A stretch of 64,000 bases of DNA from Octopus bimaculoides (lineage: Eukaryota): positions 7,072,181 through 7,136,180 of the forward strand of contig NC_068985.1 of NCBI RefSeq assembly GCF_001194135.2. The letters are read 5' to 3'. The position numbers were made by a program, and so were the translations under genes. Of the stretch, positions 13,719 through 25,551 are shown piece by piece (the first letter of the stretch is position 1; every line of letters starts with the position of its first letter). The notes beneath the pieces were generated by a model that saw only the letters and a list, made by a program, of their open reading frames with translations, did not search any database and was not told where the DNA came from.

Positions 13719-16700
13719 ACAAAGATTTAATGTTGTATCATTCAGTATGTACAATCCTTGACATTGTATTTATTCTGTTAATTAACTTACTTTCTCATTG
13801 TTTTCTCTTCCAGGAGTACACTTCATAAACGTTGAATGCAAGCTAGAGATTGAAAATCAAAATCCAGTTAAAATTTAACTATTCACTTTACTTGGAATTC
13901 AAAGAATTATTTCGTTTATCTGTCGTTGAATTTCGATGGATATATCTCACCTACATAGCTTTATTAATCTAAACTATTATTGAATTTAAGTCCTTAAATT
14001 CTTCGAAGGTTTGTAGATATGGCATAGGCAACAGGTTTGCAGAAGAACGTACTTTGAAAATGATAAGCGATTCGCGATACTCAATTTATGAAATAAACAG
14101 GAAGTGATATAAGAATCAATTTTCCAATATCATATTAACAATAAAGAAGCTAAATATCATCTGGTAATCTCAAAAGAACTACAGTCTATAGTCATAGTTA
14201 GTGGTTGTTACTTAATGTAGGGAATGTGAGTTTGCGTGTATAATATAGTAAACAGATAGTATTCCATTACAATATACTCTGAAAGAAATCTTTATTTTAT
14301 AAAATATGCATACATTAATTGTATTCAATAGGATTTATGCAGAACGATTGTCCTGATTTCATGTTTTTGAGAATCTGGTGAGTAAAATAGAATAATTGCA
14401 ACAAAATTACTAATGCTTACAAAAATGTAATTTGTTGAGAATGATAATGCACTAGGTAAATATTAGGTTGTAAGAGAGAAACGTTATTTTTTTAATCGAA
14501 TAAGTTTGATAGTTGATTATGAAAGAAATCCCAAAGTTATTTTCTTTAGTTCTTCAAGCGTCCTTACCAACATTTCACTAGATTATCAATATCTTGCCGA
14601 TATCTCTGCAGAAATCACCGAATCTTGCTTCGAGTGGTTCATCGAGCCGTGTTGTCAACTCCACGTGCTTGTTGAAGGAAACGTTTCCACAGACTGTCGG
14701 TGAGCAACGGAAAAACTTTAGAATCTGAATGTGCTTACTCGGGAGGAACGGTGGGCGCCGTAAAACTTGCTATCTGAGCTCTTGAAAAGCAGTATTGGTC
14801 AAATGAGCAACAAAGGAGTGAACGCCGCCGTGTTGAAGGAGAGCAACGTGTCGGTTATCGAGTTTTCTCGATGAGATGGTGCATTTAGTGAACTCTGCAT
14901 TAATTCTGTGGTGGTTTTCAATACCGACGTATTCTTGTGTTAATTCAAATAACATTGGAAAAGGACGAGCGGTTTTATTTGACAACTTAATAGGTAAGTC
15001 ATGTAAAAGGTTTTAATGCGGACATCATTTAATTAGTCAAACGTTACGAAACTATCGACGTTATCAATTATGTATACGTTTTCTCGGTGTAATAACGCCT
15101 GGGACTTGATAAAAGAAACGATCCAACTCCTCTGCGATGGCGTGTTTCTTAATTACGTTAAAATAAGAAGATATACATAGTAGAACTGCAGGCAAAATAA
15201 CTCATGTTTTGTGACGTTCAATTGATTTCTACAAGTAAAGGGCACCGAACTCGATTCTACCAATCATTTCGAGGACAATAGAATACGTACTAGTTATCGT
15301 ATAAACGACTTCCATAGTAAGCTATGCTACTGCATGGTCATATCCTAATACAAAAAAAAAGTATGAAACGCCAAAGCTATAAAAAGAATTATCCAACTAG
15401 CCACACACTCTCTTCTGCAGGAAAATGTTTCCAAGTGATGAGAAGACATACATATGGAATACAGTAACACAAAAACAACCATATTATTTGTAGTGATTAC
15501 GACGAAATAGAAAGAACAGGAATAATGGAAAAGCATAATGTGTACTATGGTGGTATTATCTCGAACACGAAAATCTTACTTAAGAAAATCTGGAAAGCGA
15601 TGCTGTAAGTTGTCTGATGAAAGCATTTGAATTACCATGGGAAACTTATTTTATAATAGTTTACAACAAATGGACTGAGTCATTGCATTTACTGACTAGA
15701 ATAGTTTTGACAGCCACTTTCTGGCTTTCAAGAAGTATTTTAGATGTCCGTGGTACCAGCTGATCATTGTAAAGATACCGAAAGATCGAATATGTAAACT
15801 GGTTTCGTATGTTGTTGCGTCTAAAAGCACTGATACATAAATAAGCCAGAGAAATTTATAAAATATTTAGGAACGCCTTAAGCTAATATAGCAATGTATC
15901 AAGCAAAGTGCACACGTCACACACTCACGCATACATAGACACACATACACACACATAATGTATGTATATATTTTTGCTCTATTGGTTTTATATAGCAACA
16001 CACACTCACCAGATACACACGCATAGAATATGTACACACATACGCGGATGTGTGCGCCTAGCACAATCTCTTAATGCGCTTGCTTCTAGTTATGCATAAA
16101 TAAAAAGAGAATGAATGAAATACAAAATAAGTTCATAAATGTTTTTTAGCACAAACTTCAATTTAAGCANNNNNNNNNNNNNNNNNNNNNNNNNNNNNNN
16201 NNNNNNNNNNNNNNNNNNNNNNNNNNNNNNNNNNNNNNNNNNNNNNNNNNNNNNNNNNNNNNNNNNNNNNNNNNNNNNNNNNNNNNNNNNNNNNNNNNNN
16301 NNNNNNNNNNNNNNNNNNNNNNNNNNNNNNNNNNNNNNNNNNNNNNNNNNNNNNNNNNNNNNNNNNNNNNNNNNNNNNNNNNNNNNNNNNNNNNNNNNNN
16401 NNNNNNNNNNNNNNNNNNNNNNNNNNNNNNNNNNNNNNNNNNNNNNNNNNNNNNNNNNNNNNNNNNNNNNNNNNNNNNNNNNNNNNNNNNNNNNNNNNNN
16501 NNNNNNNNNNNNNNNNNNNNNNNNNNNNNNNNNNNNNNNNNNNNNNNNNNNNNNNNNNNNNNNNNNNNNNNNNNNNNNNNNNNNNNNNNNNNNNNNNNNN
16601 NNNNNNNNNNNNNNNNNNNNNNNNNNNNNNNNNNNNNNNNNNNNNNNNNNNNNNNNNNNNNNNNNNNNNNNNNNNNNNNNNNNNNNNNNNNNNNNNNNNN

Positions 16701-18734
16701 NNNNNNNNNNNNNNNNNNNNNNNNNNNNNNNNNNNNNNNNNNNNNNNNNNNNNNNNNNNNNNNNNNNNNNNNNNNNNNNNNNNNNNNNNNNNNNNNNNNN
16801 NNNNNNNNNNNNNNNNNNNNNNNNNNNNNNNNNNNNNNNNNNNNNNNNNNNNNNNNNNNNNNNNNNNNNNNNNNNNNNNNNNNNNNNNNNNNNNNNNNNN
16901 NNNNNNNNNNNNNNNNNNNNNNNNNNNNNNNNNNNNNNNNNNNNNNNNNNNNNNNNNNNNNNNNNNNNNNNNNNNNNNNNNNNNNNNNNNNNNNNNNNNN
17001 NNNNNNNNNNNNNNNNNNNNNNNNNNNNNNNNNNNNNNNNNNNNNNNNNNNNNNNNNNNNNNNNNNNNNNNNNNNNNNNNNNNNNNNNNNNNNNNNNNNN
17101 NNNNNNNNNNNNNNNNNNNNNNNNNNNNNNTATTTCCATTTTTTTCATGTTCCCACGAAAACCAGGCAACATTTCTATATCAGAAAAAAGTTTTTAGGAA
17201 TGAGATTTCTTTACTCTGACGACACAAATTTTTTTGTAACTTAAATATGACAACATATTGGTTGGTTTGATTCCATCGAATATCTTTTTTTTTATATCAG
17301 CTAGATCTTTGAAAGTGAGATGAAGATTGAATTGTTTAAAGAAACCGTATTTTTCTTTGGTTTGGCATTCATTTTGTATCTCACTCACATTCTACAGATA
17401 GCAATTTCAATGAATATGTGCTTCCGTGTGGTTTGCGTGTTTGTTTTTTTTTTGGGGGGGGGGCGTATGTGTGTATATATATATGTGTGTGTGTGTGTGT
17501 GTATGTCCAAATTATAAACTGCCGTGCGTGTTACTACCTTATTTACACTCATATAAACATATTCCTGCACGTTCCCAATTTCCGACCTATTGAAGACAGG
17601 CTTGCTACCAACTGCAGAAGAGAGATTATGCTTTTTGTATGAGAATATACCTTCGTTTCTTCCACTCTGACTTATTTTAAGATACCAATAAGCACCATTC
17701 ATTTTTCATAAGATATTTCAATTCATCTGTCTTAATTGCATCTTATGTTTTTAAAACTTTCCTATAAAATGATGTAAAGTTCCGCTGAATTACAGACAAG
17801 AGAAAAAACAGTAACTTGGAAAAGTTTTGTACGAAAAGTTTTAGATATTAAGTAATGTACTAAATTAGAAATTGGAAATATACACACGCACGCACGCGCG
17901 CACGCAGTTTCTACCAATCGGCTAAAATAATATTAATATAGCAGAGAATGCAGGTTTCGATTATTTGCTATGGTCGATTAATTTCGATTACAATATTGAT
18001 ACTACTATTAATAAATTGCGGCTATCAACCTCCCGTATTCTTTCATGCAATTTGCTCAATCAGCAGAAATATTTTGATAGAATAACAATTATTGAACTTA
18101 CAAAAAATGAAATAAAATTATTACAAATAAACTATTTTTCCTTCATAGGACTATGTTAATGACTTGAATAAAAACGAAATTGTTGCCGATTGTCCTTTGT
18201 TTGAGATTTATTAAGACACATTTTGTAAAATGAGGACGAAACTAAGAGAATAATTATTGGGTTATCCGAACGAAGAAAGCAAGTGGATATTTGAAGTTAG
18301 TTATTGTAGCCAAAAGAAGTGTGCACGATATAATGAAGTCATGTGTATTAACGTCAGACACGCAATAAATAATACCGAACGTACAGATACTTACTTATCG
18401 AAAGCTAATAATTATACATGAAGAACACAGACTATATATTTCTTTCGAATGAATCGAAACGCTAATGTTTTAGATTTAGCTGTCTGAAAGTGAGATTGAT
18501 GGACACCACTTCTAATCATCTAACCCATAGGTTGCTAGATCTATATTGTTGATTCATTTCAATAACTTATCTCACGTGTCTGTAAACAATTAAACCAAAA
18601 AATATAAAACTCAAACAGTTAAGATTGATGTTTGTAGCGACGTTCACAGTTTTCGTTTTGGCCCAATGTCTAAAATTTTCGAGCAAGTCAATAAATATAT
18701 ATCCTTTCCAGCACATTACTACAGCTCCTTCACA

Positions 18735-18827
18735 AAAAGTACTCACAACCCCCGGCCTGGAAATCGAAACCGCGATCCTATGACCGCGAGTCTGCTGCCC
18801 TAACCACTGGGCCATTGCGCATCCACA
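18735..18827 (-). mobile_element. SINE S2-variant, tRNA head only
   Basis: Reverse complement GCGCAATGGCCCAGTGGTTAGGGCAGCAGACTCGCGGTCATAGGATCGCGGTTTCGATTTCC. Confidence 0.85.
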
Positions 18828-19740
18828 CACAATTGTGTGTATTATCTATATATATATATATATATAATTCGTTCCACACACTGCAAGATTTTATTTTCGT
18901 ATTTGTAACAATTATATTTTATTCAATTACAAAGTTTCTTCTACCTTCTTAGTAGTTGAATAAGAAATTATACCGAATAAAAAATGAGCAGTATACTTTG
19001 GAGATTAAATAAAATGTAAACAAACATATAATTACGCCGTAATCGCATTAATAAAACAGAGATATTTGACACTAATCATTAGAACTTTTTCGTTTAATGA
19101 GACTGGTTTACGTCCATTATATTTCCAAATATGTTGAAATATTTCCTCGTTTATAAATGAATACAGGCGGAACATATAAGTGTGCGTACGTGCGCACATA
19201 TGTGTAAGTGGGCGTATGTTTAAAAGAAGGGAGCGTGTGAGAATTCCAGATTTCAGCTTGTTACCTTCGTCAGGTGATGCAATATTCGGGTTTATTTCTG
19301 CTTTACTTAGACCTTGGCAAGTTCTTTATCTGGGACATGTACAATTATGTGAAATTGGATTTGGATATAGATGTTTAAAAAGTAAGATAGACGAAATTCT
19401 CACTCATACAAAAACAAACACAATCTCTCTTCTTGAGTTGGTAGCAAGAGATTTTTTAATAGATCAGATATTGGGAACATGTGGGAATATTTTTATATGA
19501 ATATAAATATGGGTGTAATACGCACGCAAGTTTATAATGTGGACACACACACACACAGACACACACACACATAAATACACTAGAAAAAGATATTTGGCTT
19601 TTCTTTTGAAGGACGTTTTTTTTTCTTTCGAGCAATTTATATTGAGCTACACTAGCATGGTCATCTGTAATATCTAACAGGGAAAACTATTAGACATTTT
19701 TCATGTCTATCTTGTTAGGCTTGAAACAGGCACTTTTTTT

Positions 19741-19950
19741 ATTCTTTTCTACTCTAGGTACAGGCCCGAAATTTTGGAGGGAAGGGGCCAGTCGACTAGA
19801 TCGACCCCAAGTACGCAATTGGTACTTAATTTATCGACTCCAAAAGGATGAAAGACAGAATCGATCTCGGTGGAATTTGAACTCAGAACGTAAAGACAGG
19901 CGAAATACTGCTAAGAATTTCCCCGGGCGTGCTAACGTTTCTGTCAGTTC
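19741..19950 (-). mobile_element. SINE S1
   Basis: Near-consensus copy. Confidence 0.9.
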
Positions 19951-20328
19951 AAAGCCTTAGGGTGTCTTTTATTAAAGTTTGGTGACAGTCGCAAATGCAT
20001 GAATTAACTGAAAGAATATGTGAAAGAATTGTTGCATATATTATGCACCTTCCTGTGGTTTGCAGGTGGCCAATAATTACTCACCATCATTAGGTATGCA
20101 GGCTTCTTCCACTTTATGTACGGACACTCAATCATATAATATATATCAACAGAGAAACGGATCATCATACGTATATTTTATTTGAAGATGATGATGAATG
20201 TCATGGTACGGCCGACGCTGAAAGTAACTATATTACATACACACAAACGTACATAGAGAGACATGCGAAGAATACACATGCACATTTACTTGTGTATTTT
20301 AGTGTGTGTGTATTTGTATGTGTGTATG

Positions 20329-20385
<57 letters not shown>

Positions 20386-20400
20386 ATTTGTTTATATATT

Positions 20401-20560
20401 GGCGCAGACGGCTTTAAGGTAAGAAGCTTGATACTCGACTACATGGTTCGAGGTTAAGTCCCACTGCACAGTATCTTGGGCAATTCTCTTCTACTATAGC
20501 CACGGGTCGTCGAAAGCACTGTGAATGAAGTTGGTAGGCCGCAACTGAAAGAAGCCTGTG
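20401..20560 (+). mobile_element. SINE family S3, 5' half
   Basis: GGCGCAG..GGTAAGAAGCTTG..CTTGGGCAA..TCTTCTACTATAGCC..AACTGAAAGAAGCC followed by microsatellite. Confidence 0.8.
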
Positions 20561-20689
20561 TATGTATGTATATATATATATATATTACTCACACACACAA
20601 ATATGTATGTATGTATGTATGTATGTATGCGACAAATCTATTCGACAAAAACCCTTAAAGAACTGCCCCAACATGGTCGCAGTTAGATT

Positions 20690-21035
20690 ACTGAGCGTTA
20701 AGTTGTGCCCAAATTTTGGTGATACTCAAGCGGAAATCCTCCAGAAGATTCGGCCGACCATTTGCGACGACACTATGGGTAAAACACAGATGAAGGTGTC
20801 CCATTTGAGTGAAGAGCGTGGCAGGCTCATTCAGGACATGCACAAGCCGGAAAGAGGAGCCGATTGAGAAGGTTCGGCGAAAAGCGCACTCAACGGAAGG
20901 AAAAACCAGCAGCGCCAGCAAGGAGCTCCTTCAAATGCAGTCAGCGTGTCTGTGTCTCTCCGTCTGGGTCTCTACAACCACAGCAGACAATGCAGCACCA
21001 TCAGCAGCTGACACGATTTCTTTGTGCGAGATAAG
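20690..21035 (+). mobile_element. RTE-clade LINE 3' end remnant
   Basis: Frameshifted KRTQRKEKPAAPARSSFKCSQRVC..LGLYNHSRQC, resembling the C-terminal Cys/His motif of RTE ORFs. Confidence 0.65.
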
Positions 21036-21118
21036 AGTCAGAAATGCTTAATGCTATGCGAAGTGCACAATACATAGACACAGAAAGGGGATATAAGCGC
21101 CCCATAAATGATTCTAGA

Positions 21119-21172
21119 GATCACTGGATTAGACAAGTTTCGCCTATCAGTCGTACGCTCGTTAGCAGTGAC
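21119..21172 (-). ncRNA. Degenerate hammerhead copy in the left arm
   Basis: Reverse complement GTCACTG CTAACGA GCGTACGACTGATAGGC GAAAC TT GTC TAATCCAGTGAT; core G5>A and stem II mismatch. Confidence 0.75.
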
Positions 21173-21473
21173 TACTCGATTGTTCTATGATTTGGCTACT
21201 TTGGACTGTCAGTATATGTATTTACCATATAATCTTTTGCTGGTTTAGCGAAATACTAATGTGTAAATTAAAAATTAATATAAACAGCTAGGCGCAATAT
21301 AAAACAAACAACAAAAGCTTCAATCGTTTTCATTTTTGGCTTTATATTGCGCCTACCTTTTTATATAAATTTTGTATGTGCACATTAGCATTTCGCTAAA
21401 ATCAGCCATGAATTAGTAAAGCAAATATATATACTGACGGTCTAATGTAGCCGAGTCATAGAGCAAGTATGTA

Positions 21474-21526
21474 GTCACTGCTGATGAGCCTTCAACTGAT
21501 AGGCGAAACTAGTCTAATCTAGTGAT
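21474..21526 (+). ncRNA. Minimal type-I hammerhead ribozyme motif, intact core
   Basis: CTGATGA (21481-87), stem II GCCT/AGGC with a 9-nt loop, GAAAC (21505-09), TA, GTC (21512-14); palindromic helix III ACTAGT; stem I partners GTCACTG / TAGTGAT. Confidence 0.85.
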
Positions 21527-21556
21527 CCCTAAAGTCATTCATGGGGCGGATATATT

Positions 21557-21611
<55 letters not shown>

Positions 21612-22552
21612 TGTGCATGAATTTGATTCCTGTATGTGTGTAAGTGTGTGTCTATCTATCTAAAGATACATGTATATATAAATACACAGAGAAGACAGAA
21701 GTATCTAATTTACTTTTTAGGTCTATCATACGTTCTTCAGGGAAAGTTTGCAAAAACTCTTTCGTCTAGTTACATTCATTAAGCTCTCTAGCGATACTAA
21801 TTCCATTTGGTGGTTGATTGCATTCTGTATTAGACTACATTCTACAATACTCGTGTAATAAAAAATATATTCATTTAATTTCATTGAATGCTTACAATTA
21901 AACTTCAGTACTTACAATTAAACAGCAATAGAATTAAACAAACGCAACAAACGCAAGGATAATTATCGCATCCGGACAAGAACAGACAATTTACACTATA
22001 TCAATAAAAAGGTACACAAAAACAAGCAGAACAATATACGTAAAAGGAGTTTGCAATCTGTTAATGATAATTATAATACTTTCTACTAGAAATGACTAAA
22101 GATTTTACGATGAAAGCGTTCTCAGCACTCTTGTATTCTACACCAATTATTCGATATTTTAGATTGCAAAGCGAACCGGCTTGCAATTTCCAATGTTCCT
22201 ACTACGTATTTTTCAAAAGATAAATGATGAAGTCCTCAGCAATTAGGATCGATTGCCTTGTGTCGTGTCCCTGGCTTTCCTCACTCTGAATAGGCAGACA
22301 TATTAGGCAACAAACGGGCAATTTCAAGGTGTAGGTGAAGAGAGTAAGTGAATTCAGTCAATGCATTCGTCAAAAATGTTTCCAATTACAAACTTGGAAT
22401 TCCCTGGTCGTCAAATATCCCCAGAATATCACCACGGCGGGAGCCGATGTAAGGGGGGATTTTGTTTTTGTTTACATTTATTTTTTGTTTACAAAGCAAT
22501 TGACCATTGTGTATTTTTTCCTCAAGTTGTAGATGGGTTATGCGCTTTCAGT

Positions 22553-22620
22553 CATTTGAGTCTGACGAGTCGCTTATATTGCTAAGCGATTTATAGGTGT
22601 GAAACCAATGGTCACACTAA
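22553..22620 (+). ncRNA. Decayed hammerhead-like motif
   Basis: CTGACGA G TCGCTTATA..TATAGGTGT GAAACC AAT GGTC; helix III ACC/GGT with a GUC triplet; stems I and II imperfect. Confidence 0.5.
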
Positions 22621-22632
22621 ACTTCCTAAATG

Positions 22633-23077
22633 TTTTTTTCCCAGTGAACGTACCGGCCGCCTCGGACACTCAGCGCAGAGCACTCTCGGAGGAACCGTGC
22701 GGGCCGAAACTACCGGGAAGTGGACGTGCTACCGTAACGCGAACGGCGACGCCCGACGACGCCTACTCCCGCACCGAACTCGGAGCGACGCCGCCGCGCA
22801 GGCGTGAAACCGGATGGGTGAAGACAGGGCAGAGCGGGCAACGCGGCGGCGATGTGCACAGAGCTCCGCGGCCCGACCGCGCATGCACCGGCGAATAGGA
22901 CCGGGAGTGCGAACGGACCACCGAAGCGGACGCGCCCGCGACGGCGCCGTCGCCTCGGATGTGATGGTGCACGTTTTCGTGACCCGAATTCCGACTACGA
23001 GCTTTTCAAACGCAACAATTTTAATATACGCTACCGGAGCTGGAATTACCGCGGCTGCTGGCACCAGACTTGTCCTC
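22633..23077 (-). rRNA. Dispersed 18S rRNA fragment (pseudogene): conserved 530-loop region plus expanded GC-rich V4
   Basis: Reverse complement GAGGACAAGTCTGGTGCCAGCAGCCGCGGTAATTCCAGCTCCGGTAGCGTATATTAAAATTGTTGCGTTTGAAAAGCTCGTAGTCGG..GTGCTCTGCGCTGAGTGTCC..CGTTCACTGGGAAAAAAA; AT-rich non-rDNA flanks. Confidence 0.95.
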
Positions 23078-23097
23078 AGGTGTATTTATATACTTTT

Positions 23098-23447
23098 ATT
23101 CTTTCATCTGTTTCAGCAATTTCACTACGTCTATGGTGGAGCACCGTCTTTAGTCGAACAAATCAACCCCAGGAATTATTCTTTGTAAGCCTAGTACATA
23201 GTCTATCGGTCCCTTTGCCGAACCGCTAGGTTATGGAGAGGTAAGCACATGAACATCGATTGTCAAGTGATGTTGGGGGGACAAACCCACACACACACAC
23301 ACTGGGTTTCTTTCGGTTTCCGTCTAAAAAATCCATTTACAAGGCTTTGGTAGGCCCAAGGTTATGGTAGAAGGCTAATGCCCAAGATGCCACGAAGTGT
23401 GATTGATCCCGGACCCATGTGGTTGGTAAGAAAGCTACTTAGCACAC
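23098..23447 (-). mobile_element. SINE S3, full length with internal (CA)n
   Basis: Colinear with 42634-42985. Confidence 0.88.
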
Positions 23448-23959
23448 ACCCACGGGTATATACGAGTATACTTCATCAAGAACCGTAAGAATAATAATCA
23501 TAATTAGATTTAAAAGAAAAGAAAAAGAAAATATTACAATCAGCCATTGTCATAATTTTGTGAATTACAGTACAATGTGCATTTTGTACGTAATAAGTAA
23601 TTGACTTATGGAAATTTTAATTGGAAGAAAAGAGAAATGCGAATATTTCTTTCAGATTCTAAGAAAAGAGCAGATACTCTCATGAAATTAATATTTATAT
23701 TCTTAAGTTAAATTATATTCTTAAGGAATTACCAGTCCTCACTAATCTTATTTTGTATCCAGTACAGATTTTCTGTCCACAGTTTAAAGCAGCTTTCAGA
23801 TCAATTGGTAGATTTATATATAAAGATATGGAGTTACGAAAATATTTCGCTTTGATTCGCATAATTACGTCTAACCATATTGTACTGAATACTACACGCA
23901 GTAAATAGTTAACTCAGCACTTCCTGTTAGAACATTCTTCTTTCTTTCTTCCCTGCCTT

Positions 23960-24180
23960 TAACCCGCCAACGTTGAGTATAGGCCACATATAATTGAATT
24001 CCATGTCGCATAATTTTTCGCTTCTGTACTTATACTCTGCCATGAATGTCCCCCTTTCTCTAGTTCCTTTTGTGTTGATCTACGCCACGAGTTCTTAGGC
24101 CTACCCCTCTTTCTATATTCATCCGGATTCCACTGTAAAGCACTTTTCGCTACATTTGGTGTGTCCTTTCTGTATACTTT
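23960..24180 (-). mobile_element. RTE-clade LINE 3' end remnant
   Basis: ALQWNPDEYRKRGRPKNSWRRSTQKELEKGGHSW..WNSIICGL is a typical RTE C-terminus. Confidence 0.85.
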
Positions 24181-25373
24181 CTCCCTGTTGGAACATAGAA
24201 ACAAAACTCTTAGCTCTAGTCCTCCAAAGTTGTTTCATGGTTGTAAAATTACTGTATCCTCACTAAGCATGTTTTATACTTCATAAGTGAATTATTGATT
24301 TTTTTTTTTAATTCTCTTACCTTTTCATTTAAGTGTCGTTAGGAATTAATTACTGCGTAATACTCATGCTATAATAGTTTTAACAAAATAAGAATTTACT
24401 GTGAACAGTAAATTAAGAAGTATATTGAATTTTCAATATACAACTAATTTTAGGTATTTTTAAAGTCATTTATTATCATTTTCATTATGCAAATTACCCT
24501 TTGCTTAACTGTGTATAATTATTTCAGGAACAAATTCTCAGCCTTTTGATATTAATTACTGTTTCCTTTGACAGACGATATACAGTATTTTAATAACCTA
24601 AGAGTTTCATGCGTGTATCTGATATTGCATCATACCTTAACTTTATATTAAAATACATGTAATGAGCATAGTTTTAATTACTACTCGAAAGTTCTGTAAA
24701 TTAGTTTCACTTTTCTTTTTCCGAATTGTGTGAATTAATAATGATTGTTGACCAACATAACATGGAAGTCCTGGTTTAGGACGAATTTTGCTGTAATTTA
24801 ACCCCAGTAGACATCGTCTCCAACTGGCTAAACTACACGATCTGTGTCTTTATATTTTCGAACAAGGGAATCTAGCATAGATCGTGTCGTATAGCCAGCT
24901 GCAGACGATGTCTCCTGGGGCTAAATTACAGCAACATTCGTTCGTGTGTGTCGGGAGTATGTGTGCGGCTAGATATGCACAAATACATAGAAAGCGTGTT
25001 TGTTGCCCGCAAATGAATATCAGATAAGTTGTCCAAATTATAAATTTTCATTCTTTGCTATTCACCAATAAATACGAGTAGGTTTTTGGTCCCTTTCTCT
25101 AGATTACAGACAAGAGGTTAAACCAATGAAAAATATATTGCATAGGTCATTCAGCACACATCTGTTTACATTAACTGCCAGAATTCATTCAAGTTTCTCT
25201 GCTGTAATATTTGATTGTGTCGTTTTTATTTTTAGAAATGCAACCTGCATTTCTGTCAAATTATATGTAACTATTTATGCATGCATAAATTTAACTGTCT
25301 GTTGTCCTCATGAAGCGATGATCCACAGACGTGAGTAAATAGGTCGAACTTATGTCCCGTGCCAGCAACTAAT

Positions 25374-25551
25374 ATACTTTTCTACTCTATGAATAAGGCC
25401 CGAAATTTTGGGCGAGTAGGCCAGTCGATTAGATCGACCCATATACACTACTGGTACTCAATTTATCGACCCCGAAAGGATGAAAGGCAAGCGACGAAGT
25501 ACCGCCAAGCATTTTGTCTAGCGTGCTAACGTTTCTGCTAGCTCGCCACCT
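25374..25551 (-). mobile_element. SINE S1 with internal deletion
   Basis: AATTTATCGACCCCGAAAGGATGAAAGGCAAG..CGTGCTAACGTTTCTGCTAGCTCGCC. Confidence 0.88.

Larger units (their letters stand above)
21080..21570. repeat. Long imperfect inverted repeat (~240-bp arms, very short spacer) with hammerhead motifs near both outer ends
   Basis: Reverse complement of the left arm aligns with the right arm throughout, e.g. TAGGCGCAATATAAA (21289-) / TTTATATTGCGCCTA (21341-) and TCACTGGATTAGACAAGTTTCGCCTATCAG / CTGATAGGCGAAACTAGTCTAATCTAGTGA. Confidence 0.95.

Noticed and set aside
13790-14010. Strong splice-acceptor-like site (also 39690-39790 on plus and 28510-28560 on minus)
   Set aside because: No recognisable peptide or matching strong partner site; such motifs are common in AT-rich DNA.
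15613-15650. CTGATGA..GAAAC spacing
   Set aside because: No credible stem II closing pair, helix III or stem I.
10815-17197. Long ORFs of 140-360 aa in the track (also 47296-48585)
   Set aside because: They run through N gaps and microsatellites; no coding evidence.
22222-22260. ATGATGAA GTCCT-loop-AGGAT CGATT
   Set aside because: Lacks C3 and the GAAA box; at most a highly eroded relic.
22599-23229. GC-rich Arg/Ala-rich ORFs
   Set aside because: They overlap the 18S rRNA fragment; open frames are expected from GC content.
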